A stretch of 64,000 nt of DNA from Sarea resinae (Eukaryota), in NCBI GenBank assembly GCA_026026165.1, contig JAPEUD010000007.1, forward strand, positions 248,001 to 312,000, written 5' to 3'. The notes below the pieces were generated by a model, which ran no database searches, had not been told where the DNA came from, and saw only the letters and a program-made list of their open reading frames with translations. Positions 38,692 through 53,399 of this stretch are shown here, in pieces. Within the stretch, counting starts at the first letter, position 1; each line of letters begins with the position of its first letter. Both the position numbers and the translations under genes were made by a program.

Positions 38692-39195
38692 ATGGCCTCC
38701 TCACCGTTCAAGCTGCCCATCCCTTACCGCGTCTTCTTCCTCTTCGTGGAACCCATCTCGACCTTCGTTGGTGCTTTCTACGCACACTTCTTACCTCAGA
38801 CATACCTGCTCCTCACCGACGCCGCCTCCTCTCCATCCTCGCTTTCCGACCTCCCATTGGCAACCCGCATCACCCTCACGCAACTCGCCAACCTCTATCT
38901 TCTCTTCGGCATCAATGAGGCTCTGGTCCTGCGCTCGACATCCGACCTGCGCGTCTGGCGCACTTTTCTGATCGGCTTACTGATCGCCGACCTGGGCCAT
39001 CTCTACAGTGTCAGTGCACTGGGACCGGATGTGTATTGGAAGTTCTGGACGTGGACGTCGATGCATTGGGGGAATGTGGCATTTGTCTATGTGGGAGCGA
39101 TGATGCGCATCGCCTTTCTCTGCGGCGTGGGGATGCCTCCCACGAGACAGTCGACTAGCGGCAAACACGGCAATGCCAGTGTCAAGGCGGCATAA
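38692..39195 (+). CDS. Conserved fungal small multi-pass membrane protein of unknown function
   Basis: Intronless with about four hydrophobic helices. Motifs YRVFFLFVEP, QLANLYLLF, VWRTFLIGLLIADLGHL, WGN and RIAFL. An upstream in-frame ATG at 38641 adds only a microsatellite-derived poly-Thr. Confidence 0.8.
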   Translation: MASSPFKLPIPYRVFFLFVEPISTFVGAFYAHFLPQTYLLLTDAASSPSSLSDLPLATRITLTQLANLYLLFGINEALVLRSTSDLRVWRTFLIGLLIADLGHLYSVSALGPDVYWKFWTWTSMHWGNVAFVYVGAMMRIAFLCGVGMPPTRQSTSGKHGNASVKAA

Positions 39196-39531
39196 TTCGA
39201 ATATTTAACGCGGAATATTAACATCAATGCGATTCCTCCTATCTCTCTGTCAGCCTTCATCCCACGTTCATTCATTGATGTGACCTGCCATGTCGTGTGC
39301 AAAAGGCTTTCTGGTGTGCATGCGACCACGGAAAATTATGGAGAGAAGCCGCGCGACGGATAATTTGGACCCTTCTGGTCGCCTCGGCCGGCAATACCCC
39401 GGCGCAGCTTGAAGCCGCATCAAAGCGCAAATCGTCAACACAAAAGACGAAAAGTTTCTCGGCTCTGATTTTCTCTTGGCACAGTTATATCTTACTATCA
39501 TTTACATCCGCTGCTATTAATCTGCCTCAAG

Positions 39532-41229
39532 ATGGGATATCCAGATACCTTTGAAGGCTTCCAGGTTGAGGCACACGAATCGCGCCAGTCAATCCCCTTG
39601 CTAACGGACACAATAGGTGGACGGTCCCGAAACGTGGACGGACTTCCATAAGCGTGAAGTACATCTGCACTTATAATGCCTCAAGATCTATCAACTGCTC
39701 ACAATCCTAGTTCCAGCCGAAACCCTTTGGCGACTACGACGTCGACATCAAGATCATCGCTTGTGGAGTCTGCGGCAGCGACGTTCACACTATTAGCGGT
39801 TTGTGATGTCTGCAACTTTCATCCTCGAGAATATAGCTCACACGAAAGCCAGGAGGATGGGGCAAACAGCACTTTCCCCTCTGCGTCGGCCATGGTAGAC
39901 GCCCTTTTCTCCCATCGGCTCATCCTCTCTCATTTCAACTAACAAATCCTCCAGAAATCGTCGGCACGGCCCTGCGCGTAGGACCGAAAGTGACGCTCAT
40001 CAAGCCCGGTCAACGAGTCGGCGTCGGTGCCCAATCCTACTCGTGCCTCTCTTGTCGCCAATGCCTCAACGACAATGAGACCTACTGCGTGCACCAACTG
40101 GACACGTACGGCGCCAAATGGCCCGATACAGGCATCATCTCGCAAGGCGGCTACGCCTCGCACGTGCGCACCCACGAGCACTGGGTCTTCCCCATCCCAG
40201 ACGCATTGGAGACCAAGGTCGTGGCGCCCATGTTGTGTGCAGGTCTGACTGCATATTCGCCGCTGGTGCGAAACGGATGTGGGCCGGGGAAGAAGGTTGG
40301 AGTTGTGGGAATGTAAATCGCCCCTTTTTGTTCCATGCATACTCTCTCTTTTTTCGTCTTTTCACCTTTCTCCTACTATCAACTTCCTATCCTGCCCCAA
40401 ATCTTCTCTCTCCTCTCGATCCCTGATCTCCGCATTCGATGGCCCACTGACACCTCTACCAACCCACCAGCGGCGGAATAGGCCACCTAGCGATCCAATT
40501 CGCAGCCGCGCTCGGCGCAGAAGTCTACGCCATCTCGCGCACGCACGCCAAGGAAGCCGACGCGCTCGCCCTCGGAGCGACAGGCTTCATCGCGACGGCG
40601 GACGCGTCCTGGGACGAGCCGCACCGACTCTCGTTCGACCTGATCGTCAACACGGCCAACTCGACGTCCGGCTTCGCGTTCGACAAGTACCTGGGCCTGC
40701 TGGACGTGCACGGGCGCTGGATCTCGGTCGGCTTGCCCGAGGGCGAGGGCATGACCGTCAACGCCATGCAGCTCATGAAGAACGGCGTGCTCATCGGCGG
40801 CAGCCATCTGGGCTCGCGCCGCGAGGTGCTGGCGATGCTGCAGCTGGCCGCGGACAAGGGCGTCCGGACTTGGGTCGAGGAGATCGATATCTCGGACGTG
40901 GGCTTGAAGTCTGCTGGTGAGTTGTGTGTTTTTGTTTTGTCGTGGTTCCTTGCTTTCTTTTTTCGCACTTTTCTTTCTCTTCTTCTCTCTCGATCATTTT
41001 CACGTCCACCCGCTTGAATTCACCCGTCTATCTATCTCAATCTCTCCGCACCACCCCAGCCCACCAACGCTAGTCCAAAAACACCCCCTTCTCTCCCTGG
41101 CTCCCCTTACGCCGAAAAGAAAACCCGAAAAACGAACTAACGCGCCATCAAACAGTAACGCGGCTCCACCAAAACAACGTCAAATACCGCTTCACGCTCA
41201 CGGGCTACGACGCGCAATTCGGCAAGTAA
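39532..41229 (+). CDS. NADP-dependent Zn alcohol dehydrogenase (cinnamyl-ADH/Adh6-like MDR)
   Basis: Seven exons at about 39532-39564, 39617-39658, 39711-39798, 39853-39894, 39955-40312, 40471-40916 and 41156-41229. Motifs CGVCGSDVH, GHEIVG, CLSCRQCLNDNETYC, APMLCAG, GIGGIGH and VKYRFTL. Confidence 0.92.
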
Positions 41230-41703
41230 AGTCCAGTAGAGTAAAACTCGGTAGAGAAAAGGAAAGGAAAAGGAAAGGAGCGAAAGCGGGAGGAAAGTGA
41301 CGGGATCATTCTACTGTGTGGTTCTTCGGGGACCTTGGTTTCGTATCCTATCGTATCGTAATGTTTGAAGTGACGTATGTAGTCTCTACATATATATATA
41401 TATAGGTATATATTTTATGTTGATATTGATGTTGATCGGAATGTTGATTGGAATGTTGATTTGAATGTTGTTGTTCTTATTGTTATTGAAGTTCTTATTG
41501 ATGCTAATGTCGATGTTGGTTGAAAATGAAACGCAACGCAACGCAACGCAACGCAACGCAACGCCCTCCTGTTCTATGATCTATGATCTATGTATGAGGT
41601 TTGGTTCATTGATGCATGGCATGCAGGTTACTGCTCATCCTTCTCGTCATCTCCTCGTCTCCTCATCATCTCATCTCCTCCTCGTCGTCCTCACACCACG
41701 TAT

Positions 41704-43464
41704 TCATAACGACTCACTAGCCGCCTCCTCAGGCAGCTCATCCGAAGCCACGTCCCCGTCCTTCTCCTTCTCCTTCTCCTTCTCCTTCTCCTTCTCCTTC
41801 TCCTTCTCCTTCTCCTTCTCCTTCTCCTTCTCCTTGTCCCCTGCCCGTCCGTCCTCGCCCTCCCTCTGCCTCTCCCTCTCCTCGATCGCCTTCTGCAAGT
41901 ACCGCTCCGCCTCGAGCGCATACCTACACCGCGCGCGAATGCGCGGCCCCCAGCTCCAAAACAAAAAGGGAAACGGAGTACACAGGAGGGCGAGAAAAGC
42001 GGGGACGGAGCTGGCCCAATGGATGCCGAGGTTGCGGAACATGTAGGTGGTGAACATGGGAAAGGCGGCGCCGAAGAAGCTGCGCATGACGACCGAGGCG
42101 GCCAGGGCCGAGGCGGCGTAGATGGTGTAGGCGTCGACCAGGTAGTTCTTGATGCTGATGAAGACGAGCACCATGCCGAAGCCGAAGACGCCGCCGCCGA
42201 AGACGGAGCTGACCCACGACACGGCCGGCGCGTTGGTCCACGCGAACCAGAACAGGCCCACGGGCAGCGCGACGCCGCCGATCATGCCGCCGGGCAGGCG
42301 CTGTTCCGGCGCCGCGTGGCCCGTGGGTGAGGCCAGGCAGGCCCGCACGTAGCGCCGGTTCTCGAGCACGTTGTAGGCGACGGCGGCGACCATGCCGACG
42401 GCGATGCCCAGGAAGGGCAGGCTGCCGACGCCTTCGTTCCAGCCGCGCCCGCCGGCGTCCCGCGGCGACTGGTAGACGATGGGGAACGCGGCAAAGAGCA
42501 TGTACAGCGTGCCGTAGACGATGGACATCCAGGTGCAGAGGAGCAGCACGATGGGCTCGAGGAGGAGCAGGGCCCAGGGCCGGAGGAGGGCCTTGCGGAA
42601 CTCGTCGCGCGGGTTGGGCCGGCCGCCGCGCGAGAGGTCAAAGGTCGAGGCGTAGCAGGCGCCCGTGCGGCGGGAGAGCGCGTCGGCTCGCTGCCGGAGG
42701 AGCACGGGCGGGTACGTCTCCGGCACGAGCACCGTGACGGCCAGCCAGAGGATGCCCGTGAAGATGGCGCAGAGGCCCTCGACCCATTGCCAGCCAGAGG
42801 CTTGGCCCAGGAAGCCGCCGGCGATGGGACCTAGGACCGGGCCGAGGAAGGGCGCCACCGCGTACAGGGACATGGCGAGGCCGCGTTGGGCGGCGGGGAA
42901 CATGTCGGCGACGACGCCACCGGCGTTGGTGAGTGGGGAGGCGCCAAAGGCGCCGGCGAAGAAGCGGAGGATGACGAGCGTTTGGATGTTTTTGGAGCCG
43001 GCGGCGCCGGCATTGAAGGCGGTGAGAGCGCCAAAGGTGGCGAAGAGCACGACTTGGCGGCCGTAGAGCTCGCCGAGGGGAGCCCAGAGCAAGGGCCCGA
43101 TGGCGAAGCCGAGGACGTAGAGGGCGATGCCGAGCGTGGCCACCTCCTCACTGACGTCGAGGTTGTCGACAATTTGCGGAATGCAGCCTGAATATGCCGA
43201 GGAGGTGAAAGCGGCGCACAAGCCGGTCAGGGCGACGAGGTAGGTGAAGGCCCATTTCTTCCACTGCGGGAAGCCCATGGGGTTGCGGGGGTCATTGGGG
43301 AGGAAGGAGACGACATAGGGGTCGGCATCCGTGCCGGAGCCTGCGTAGGGGTAGTGCTCGACGGCCGGGGTGATGGCGGCTTGATCGAAGATGAAGCGGA
43401 CGTAGGAGAGTTTCGAGGAGTATTGCTGGGACTCGGGGTCCTGCTCCGGGGTGGCTTTCTCCAT
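41704..43464 (-). CDS. MFS drug:H+ antiporter, DHA1/TPO-like (about 12 TM helices)
   Basis: NDPRNPMGFPQWKKW, GPLLWAPLGELYGR, LRFFAG, PFLGPVLGP, PETY, EQRL and YLVDAY...ASALAA. C-terminal K(EK)12 tail. A short upstream exon near 43540-43572 is possible. Confidence 0.93.
   Translation of the reverse strand: MEKATPEQDPESQQYSSKLSYVRFIFDQAAITPAVEHYPYAGSGTDADPYVVSFLPNDPRNPMGFPQWKKWAFTYLVALTGLCAAFTSSAYSGCIPQIVDNLDVSEEVATLGIALYVLGFAIGPLLWAPLGELYGRQVVLFATFGALTAFNAGAAGSKNIQTLVILRFFAGAFGASPLTNAGGVVADMFPAAQRGLAMSLYAVAPFLGPVLGPIAGGFLGQASGWQWVEGLCAIFTGILWLAVTVLVPETYPPVLLRQRADALSRRTGACYASTFDLSRGGRPNPRDEFRKALLRPWALLLLEPIVLLLCTWMSIVYGTLYMLFAAFPIVYQSPRDAGGRGWNEGVGSLPFLGIAVGMVAAVAYNVLENRRYVRACLASPTGHAAPEQRLPGGMIGGVALPVGLFWFAWTNAPAVSWVSSVFGGGVFGFGMVLVFISIKNYLVDAYTIYAASALAASVVMRSFFGAAFPMFTTYMFRNLGIHWASSVPAFLALLCTPFPFLFWSWGPRIRARCRYALEAERYLQKAIEERERQREGEDGRAGDKEKEKEKEKEKEKEKEKEKEKEKEKDGDVASDELPEEAASESL
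41761..41835 (-). repeat. Coding hexanucleotide microsatellite (CTTCTC)12 on the + strand, encoding the KE tail
   Basis: Twelve perfect CTTCTC units at 41761-41832 plus CTT. Confidence 0.95.
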
Positions 43465-44314
43465 GCTAAGTGAGTCGTAGTGAGCAGGCGGACATCAGTC
43501 TTGAAAACGAACAGAGACAGAATGACGGCCTTTGAAAGTACGATGGAGGAGCGCGTATAGCATGACACATCATCTCACATCAGTGGCCTACCAGCCTGCG
43601 CTAGAAGAAAGAAGGAGAAGAAGACGAGAAAGAAGAAGTTCGTCAACCCTTAGATTTGCCAGAAGAGGCGACAGACGACAGCAGGGCGCGAATGTGCGCA
43701 ACAACATCCTTCCTAATCAAAATCGGGCTTGAGTCCCCCGACCCACCGGGAGAGTCCCCATCTCCCGACTCGCCGCGGCACCTTCTTCTGCCGTTGAAAC
43801 CGGTGCTTATCAGGAGACGAGCGCGGCAGCGGGGCAGAAAAGTGGAAAACGATCCCGTAGCCGAGCCTCGATCGCGCTTAATGTCACGTTTGGTTCGGCG
43901 ACGACCGAAACGAGCGACAGTCCCGAGCCTCGGCCCAGTTGGAGTTTTGGAGTCACCTTTGAGATTGAGAAACGCCGGGACAGACCGAGAAAGGCCGATA
44001 GCCGCCGTCTTCCAGGAGAGGATCCTTGACTGAGGACTGAACGTGTTGACTTGCTATGATAATCATGTAATTGTCGTATGCTTGTGATTCATGTAGGCGA
44101 AGCGTGACGGTAGGAGATGCACTGGAGATGAATGGACGACTTCCACCATTGTGCTATGACCATAATGTAGCAGAGGATGCTTTCGGTACAGCACGCTATA
44201 CATGACATGAAGGCCATCTCTATGTTAGGCCATTCTACTTGATCATGCGTCCCAAAGACAGGGATATAAGGGCTCAGTCATGACCGTTCGTAACTTCATG
44301 GGCTCTACACCACC

Positions 44315-46090
44315 TCAGCGACGATGCCCAGCAATATCCTCAGGCTTCTTGCCGACAAACATAGCCAACAATCCCAGATCATACGTCGCTTTAAGCCCAC
44401 CCGCCAGTACGAATGCCAAGCCGAAATGATTAGCTTTGGCCAATAATCCCGTAATTGATGGCCCAGCGCTCTGACTCAATGTCTTGACGACGTTTACAAT
44501 GCCCATGACGGCCGTGCGTTCTTCGGCGAGAACAACGGCGGAGAGGAAAGCGGAGCGCGGTGCTTGGTCCATGGAGGACACGCTGAAGCGAAGGGCCATA
44601 AAGACGAGGGCCCAGCTGAGATGTGAAGGGGCGGCAATGAGGGCGAGGAATATGGCTGACGGGAGGTGCGTGAACACCATCTATACCGGGGGAAGCGTAA
44701 GATGGATGCGAATGCATCAAGTGGGGGGCTTTCAGGGAACCAAGACTCACAGTTTTGATCAAGCCGATTCTTTTGGCGATGGATGAAGCGAAGAGATTGG
44801 AGAGGGCGGAGAGGATCCAGGTCACGGACATGATGGAACCGATGATGCCTTGCCGGGGGTGGAATTTTCGGTCGATATAGAAGGATATTAAAGAGCTAAG
44901 ATTTGAAAGACGTGATGAGCCGGAAATACTTAGACACGAGGAAGGCTGATTACTTACGGCGATACCAAACCGCTGCCTAGAGAGTCAAAGGCAAAGAGCA
45001 GACAAAGCTTGATCAGAACAACCCAGGATTCCCTAGAAATGGCCATGAAGCCTGTCGGCTTGGGTTTCTTCTGGCTTTCAAGTTCTATCCTTCGTTCTTC
45101 TAGTTTCTGTCTCCTGTCTTCCTCTGGCACTTTCGATTTGTGTCCGTCTTCATCTCCATCCTCATCCTCGTCGTCCTCGAGGAATGCCCCTAACTCTTCG
45201 AGCTCGGCCTCCTCCGTCTCCCTCTCGGACACGTCCTGCTTCTTCGTCTCTTTCCCTACCTCACAGGCCTCGCTCAGTAACAAGGCCAGACCGAATTTCA
45301 CGAGTCCTAGGAGGGCGTAGATCCAGAAAATGAAACGAAATGCCTTTACGTCGCCCCAATGCGCGGATTGGAGACGTTGGACTGTCCAGCCGCAGGCGAG
45401 AGCACCGGATGCTGCCGCAGATTGACCGCAGACGAGAGCCCACGAGAAGATGTAAGAGCGCGAGTCTGGATCCGAGAGATGCGCCAGGACGGACTCTTCG
45501 ATGGCCCGGAAAGGCCCAATCTCGTTTCCACTGGGACAGTCAACTATGCCCACAATTTATAGTGGCATTGGCAGCCCGCATCATGATGGCTCAAGAGATG
45601 AGCAGCGAGAAATTGGGTCATGGACATACAACCATGATACATAGAAAGGATGGAAATCAATCACTGCGTTGTGATAAAATGAAAGTGATAGACTTTTGGC
45701 TGCATGATCAAGCACTTACCTAGGGCTGATGACACCAATGATGGCTGCGGCGACCAGGATCCAATAATTCGAGAAGATGCCAAAGACAACTCCCGAGAAA
45801 GACATCATCAGCGCGCCCAACATCAACATCCTTCTCCTCCCGAGTCGATCGGCCACTAAGGTCAAGCCTAGACTTATGACGACATCTCCAAGCAGCGTCA
45901 GTGTCATGAAGAGTCCCGTCTTGGCTTCAGAGTGACCCAGCGCCGTGAAATAAATGGCCAGAATGACCGAACTGGCTCCATAAGCCATCATGCGCGCGAA
46001 GCGGGAGAGGAGAAGAAGGTGGGTATCGCGGTCAGAGGCGACGAGGACGCCAATGCCCAGCTCCTCATATATCCATCGGAGGGGATTCAT
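44315..46090 (-). CDS. MFS transporter of unknown substrate
   Basis: Motif A-like ADRLGRRR; spliced ISPSGNEIGPFRAIEESVL (intron 45531-45719); MVFTHLPSAIFL, SMDQAPRSAFL and YDLGLL. Further introns near 44897-44957 and 44682-44750. Confidence 0.88.
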
Positions 46091-47205
46091 CTTGGCTGTG
46101 CAATGGTTTTCTGTATGTAGGATACGTCGAGCTTCTCGCTGCTGAATTACTCGATCATCGTATTGCGCACACCGTTGAACGTCAGGTGTAAGCTCTAAGC
46201 TCTAAGCTCTAAGCTCTTCTATCTGGAAGTCGAGTACTGGCAGGTATCTAATGCACCCACCTTGGACAAATCAGCTTGCGCAGGCTTGTCACCACCAGCC
46301 AACTACTGCGGAGTAAGCTGCGGGACTCCAGGACTCCAGGACTCCGCGACTCGAAGACGGTCACTACAACAATAGGCGGGAATACCTACCTAATCGCATG
46401 AATTGCTTCAGAAGAGAGAGTTACAGAGACTACTGTAAACAGCCAGCTGGAGATTTTGGAGTTCCGGCCTTGTATATCCTCAGGATCGAGGGATCCCCCT
46501 CCATCACGTGGAATGGCGCCGACTACTTCAGTCATGCGTCGTACTTCGTACAGTAACCCCATAGTTCCTGAGTAGAGGTAAGGTAGGTACTCTACTGACG
46601 GTGATGAATGACACATGTATCGTCATAGCGAGAGTAAGGTACTACATACGGACTCGTACTCTGTCGTACTGCGGCCTTGCCTTGTCGAGTAATCTATTAT
46701 GATCAGTATCACCAATTTCCGGGACATGTTCGTAGAAGCTCTTGACCCCAGAAACCCATACGTGTTACTCATCCAGGGTTCTCATGGAGCTTGAGAGAGA
46801 TGCTGCTGTCTGCCTGTGTAGCAATTAAGGGTTTTCGCGGGATTCCAACAGGCGAACTCACAATGAATATGAATGGGGCCACATGAGTGGAATTGAAACA
46901 CTTGATTACAACGAAAGGTTGTATGGCCTCATGGTGTCATGGATGAACGGACAGCTGCCACAAATCGACAAATGTGGATGCAGCTCTTCCTGATATAACG
47001 GCGCCTCTACATCATGGACAAGTAGAACCCCGCGTGTAGTTTACGATTACGGAATCCGACATGGCGATATGAGATCCCCTTTCATACTGCCCAACGAGGG
47101 TTTCGTAGGACTACTCAAAAGATTAGTCTGAGCTTTTTGCTCCCCTGATATATTGGCAGTAACACTGGCTGACGACTCCCACATCATGATTTTGTCCTGG
47201 ACGCC

Positions 47206-48053
47206 TCATGCAGCACGCCCTGCAGCTGTCCCTTCTGCCTTCTTCTTGGCTAATTCAAAGACCCGCCCATTCCAGTCAGGACGCTCCCAGACCAGATAAT
47301 ACATAGGTTCCTCCAAGTCCAGATCATCACACAGAATCTTCTCAAAAGCTTGGAACCCACAACTCGTATACAGCTTTACTCCGACCGGACTGGCCTGCAC
47401 GAACACGGGGACATTCTCTGCAGCAGCTTGATCGAGTCCCCATTTCAATAACGTCGTTCCCACTCGGCGTCGCTGGTACTCTGGCGCCACGCATAACGCG
47501 GACATCTCCCAAGCTTCGGCGAATATCTCGGCGTCAACTGGGCGGCCGAGTGTCTTCAAAACGGATTGATGCCGAACAGGGTCAGCCGATGGATCTAGAT
47601 GGAATAAGTCGATATAGCTTCCTTGCAAGGAATGGAGAAACGAGTCAATTCCTGCACCGAGAACAATTAGTTTGAATCTGACTGCAACGAGAAGGGTAAT
47701 CGTGGCTTACGCCTGTCCCAGTCACGACACGGTCTCTGCCAATTCTTGGCCACTTGCGAATTACCAACTCGTTTCCAAAGGGCGAATCCGACCACGAAGC
47801 CTCCCGGTCGAGGCCCTTGTGAGTCTCGCATCGCTGCAGGCCATGGATCGCCCTCGTCTGTTTCAGCGACCCAGCAAACGCCCCCCGTAGCCATCTTCCT
47901 CAAGATCGCGCGTGTGCCGCTTCGTCGATAGGCATCCCAGTATTTCAGCATGTGAGGATGGCAATATTGGACCACTGGGTCATCGGCGTCGCAAATGGCG
48001 ATGATGTCCGATATGCGTGGTATATCAGACTGATGGAATGGACGGAGATGCAT
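47206..48053 (-). CDS. GNAT-family N-acetyltransferase
   Basis: Acetyl-CoA motif LCVAPEYQRRRVGTTLLKWG, ASPVGVKLYTSCGF and VVGFALW. Intron 47652-47710 joins the two ORFs in frame. Confidence 0.88.
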
Positions 48054-50075
48054 CCTGGAGCGATTGATTTATTACGCTGCGGTATTGGCAATTGTTCACG
48101 CAGTGCACGTCATGGATTGAATACGCAAGCAGCATTGATCTCTTAGGTCAAAAACGAACAGAAAATCAAAATAGAAGACTCAAGTTGAATTTGACGATAC
48201 CTGATGGCTATCAGTGCCAGCTTGGCCTGTCAGCAGTCTTCATGACTCACCACACAGGATCAGGCATCGTGCGACCGATAAAGGAATCTCGTTCGGCATC
48301 AAGAGCGGACTTTTCACTCCTGTCGTCTAGGTCATACAATGGCATTTCGCAAGACTTCACTACCACCTTCGCACTCAGGCAGTCGACAAAGAGGAATCAC
48401 ATCGTGCGTAATCATGATCATGATCGTAATGAGACTGATTCTTTCCCAGGTGTGCGAACAACCTGGAAGGCTTTCGCGAGCTACATACGGAGTAATAATG
48501 AATCCATGGATCAGGCGTGCGCCTTCGGAAGACTATTGATCAGTACCAAGTACGAAATTACCTTGTATCCATTCTACTTCATCGAGGTGCGAATGCGGCT
48601 CTAAGCACCGAGAGAGCTTAATCGCCCCGGAACATTGGAGCGGCCGCGTCCCCCATGGAGTACCTGAGAAAAGTCTAAGGCGCCAAGGAGGACTACTATG
48701 ACTAGAGAATCAGGGTGCGAATGACCCCGCGCTAATGACCTCCGTCCCCTGAGCCGTCTCCAACGGCGGGAAACATGCACCCACTTTTGTTATGATACCT
48801 CACTTAGCCCGTGTGCGAAGTGCATATACCCCGCAAGAAGGCAAAGGTACCAGACGGTAACAGCGGACGCCTGTACAATAGCAATGGACGCTCTGGCCCT
48901 GGGGATCTTCGGTCACATGGCCACCCTCTGCCCTGCCTCTCCTGATCTCGCAAATGATCGGACTCTCATTTCTAAGCTTTTCAAGATCTGGACACTCCTC
49001 AAAGCTTTTCTCTCGGAGAACTCGACTCATGACGAGGATGTGGGTTGAGCTGTGGCTCCGGTGTAAGCAATCCTCCCGTCAGATTGGTCGCATTTGTCGC
49101 ATCATCCCCGCAAATGCGAGCCGCGTTCTCCAGAAAGCCATTTCCCCAGATGACGACCACGGCCAACCCCAGCCCAACCAAGGCAGTGCATCTGGGGACA
49201 CAAACGATGTGGGGACCCCAGCCTTACTCGAGTAGTGCCAAGGTGGAACGATATTAGCATCTGCAGACACGGTCCCCGAGATCTAACATGACTCGGAGAA
49301 GCAGGGACTGTCCCGAGTTTTCGAATGCCGAGTCGCTTGTTCGACGGTAGTGAGCGGTTGTGGACATTCATATCTCCAGATACGTCTTCGCTTTGCTCCA
49401 TTCCGCCCCCCAATGACGACGAGGCGCGGCAGGCCGTCGAAAGACACCAAGCTTGTGCTCCGTCAGTGAGACTTACCGGATTACAGTAAAGCCACAGCTC
49501 CAACTGGGGCACAAGGACAATCCTGACAGCTAGCTACTCCGAAGGGAGTGTCGAGAGGCTACTGGACGACGCCTCCCAACTTACTTTTGCTCTGATTTCC
49601 TATCATGTATCGCGATTATGTGAGAAGCATTAGCTCCAATTAGTTCCAATGGGCTCCGGCTTTTCCTGCCCTTTTTCTCTACACGTGGAACAATGCCAGG
49701 TCAGGAGCATGCCGTTCTTGCCCTAATTCTGATGTCGGAGCGTGAATCGCCGAATAGAGAGCGATGGCCAATTCTTGTCGTCCGAATTTGATCGACAAAT
49801 CAATCTCCGAAATGATATTCACTCCACAACCACTAACCCCACAAAGCTGTTGGATCACTGCGTTGTCTTTTTTCCATCATGGCTGTGATCTACATCTGTC
49901 TCGAGGGTCTCTGGGGCCCCGCACTGTGGAGGTTCGGGGTTTAGGGGAAATTACTACTTCACAGCAGCGAGCTTCTCTCGTATTTTAAAAGGAGCGTTGA
50001 TATCCAGAGTTCATCTTGTTTCCTCAGACATTCTCCAGCTCGAACGCAGTCTCAGAATCGAATTACTTCGCCGTC

Positions 50076-52286
<2,211 letters not shown>

Positions 52287-53399
52287 AGGACGCTTATATG
52301 CCTACACTATCGCGATAGTCTAATACGATAATCAAATTCCCCTTCTACTGAGTCTTTCGTTTCTGCTGTTTTCTTCATTGAAATTATAGTCATTAGCATT
52401 TCGCCCACCCAGACTCGCGGCTGTTTCCAGCGCCTAGAGCAGAGATAGATACATTGGGTTTCTTCACTATCAGCCTCTCAAATGAATTCCCATCAAGGTA
52501 CAACTCGAGGACGGTCGGCGATGTTGTCGATTAGCGGCAGCCTGGAGGTCGAGGAGCATCCGTGATATATGCTGCGACTTCGATACGATTATAGCATCTC
52601 CGTCCGTCCTTATGTGATTGTGGTTCGGGCATAGAATTGAGAAGTCGGGTAAGGTGTCGGGTGTCGCTGGGTAGAGCCGACTACCGTATCTTGGCAGCTG
52701 CGTTGGTGAAACGAAACTTGATAACCAATACGGTCCTTCAAAGAGACTGAGAACAATTCGAGACCACAAAGGAGAGAAGCAGAGAAGCAGAGAAGCAGAG
52801 AAGGGGGTCCTGGGAGATGGATGGCCCAAGATGTTTTGTACTACTCTGTACGGTGATGGCGGGATTGAATACAAGCTTGGCATAGTGGGGAAGTGTTGGG
52901 GTGTTGACATGATGTGTGCGTGGATTTGAGCACGTTTTTTTTGACACCAACCCCGTCCGTCCACCTACAGTCTCCTACCATCATCGACTGCGGAACTCGT
53001 CATGACACGGTTTGCTGATGTCAATACGCCAGGTGCCAAGGCATATGGGATTTGGTTCCTTGGATGGATGGCTGGATGGAGAATAGCCCGCATTTTCTTT
53101 TTCTCGGGGCTTGATTTCTGTTATGAGCTGGTTTATCTTTCTTCGATCCATCTATCTGCCCTCTGCTTTCTGCGCACTGTATTGCCGGAACGCCATGGAA
53201 GTTAACACGAGACCAATCTGTCAGAACCATGTGTGTAGAAAATTGTTCCTTTTGGGTCGCGGCAGCAGCAAGCAGCAGAGATATATGCTACACAGTCCTC
53301 CCATGAGCTAGCCTTTCCGCTGTATCGTGGAGGGGGAATATATTATCAAGGGACTATCATCAATCACGACTTCCTTTTGGCAATGGTGCGACCCCAACA

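Noticed and set aside
48800..49512. Minus-strand ORF fragments between the GNAT and carboxylesterase genes
   Set aside because: No coherent gene model or recognisable domain.
52900..53300. Mac1 copper-response or GATA iron-response sites upstream of the ferric reductase
   Set aside because: Only partial single matches (for example TGAGCAC near 52927), not distinguishable from chance.
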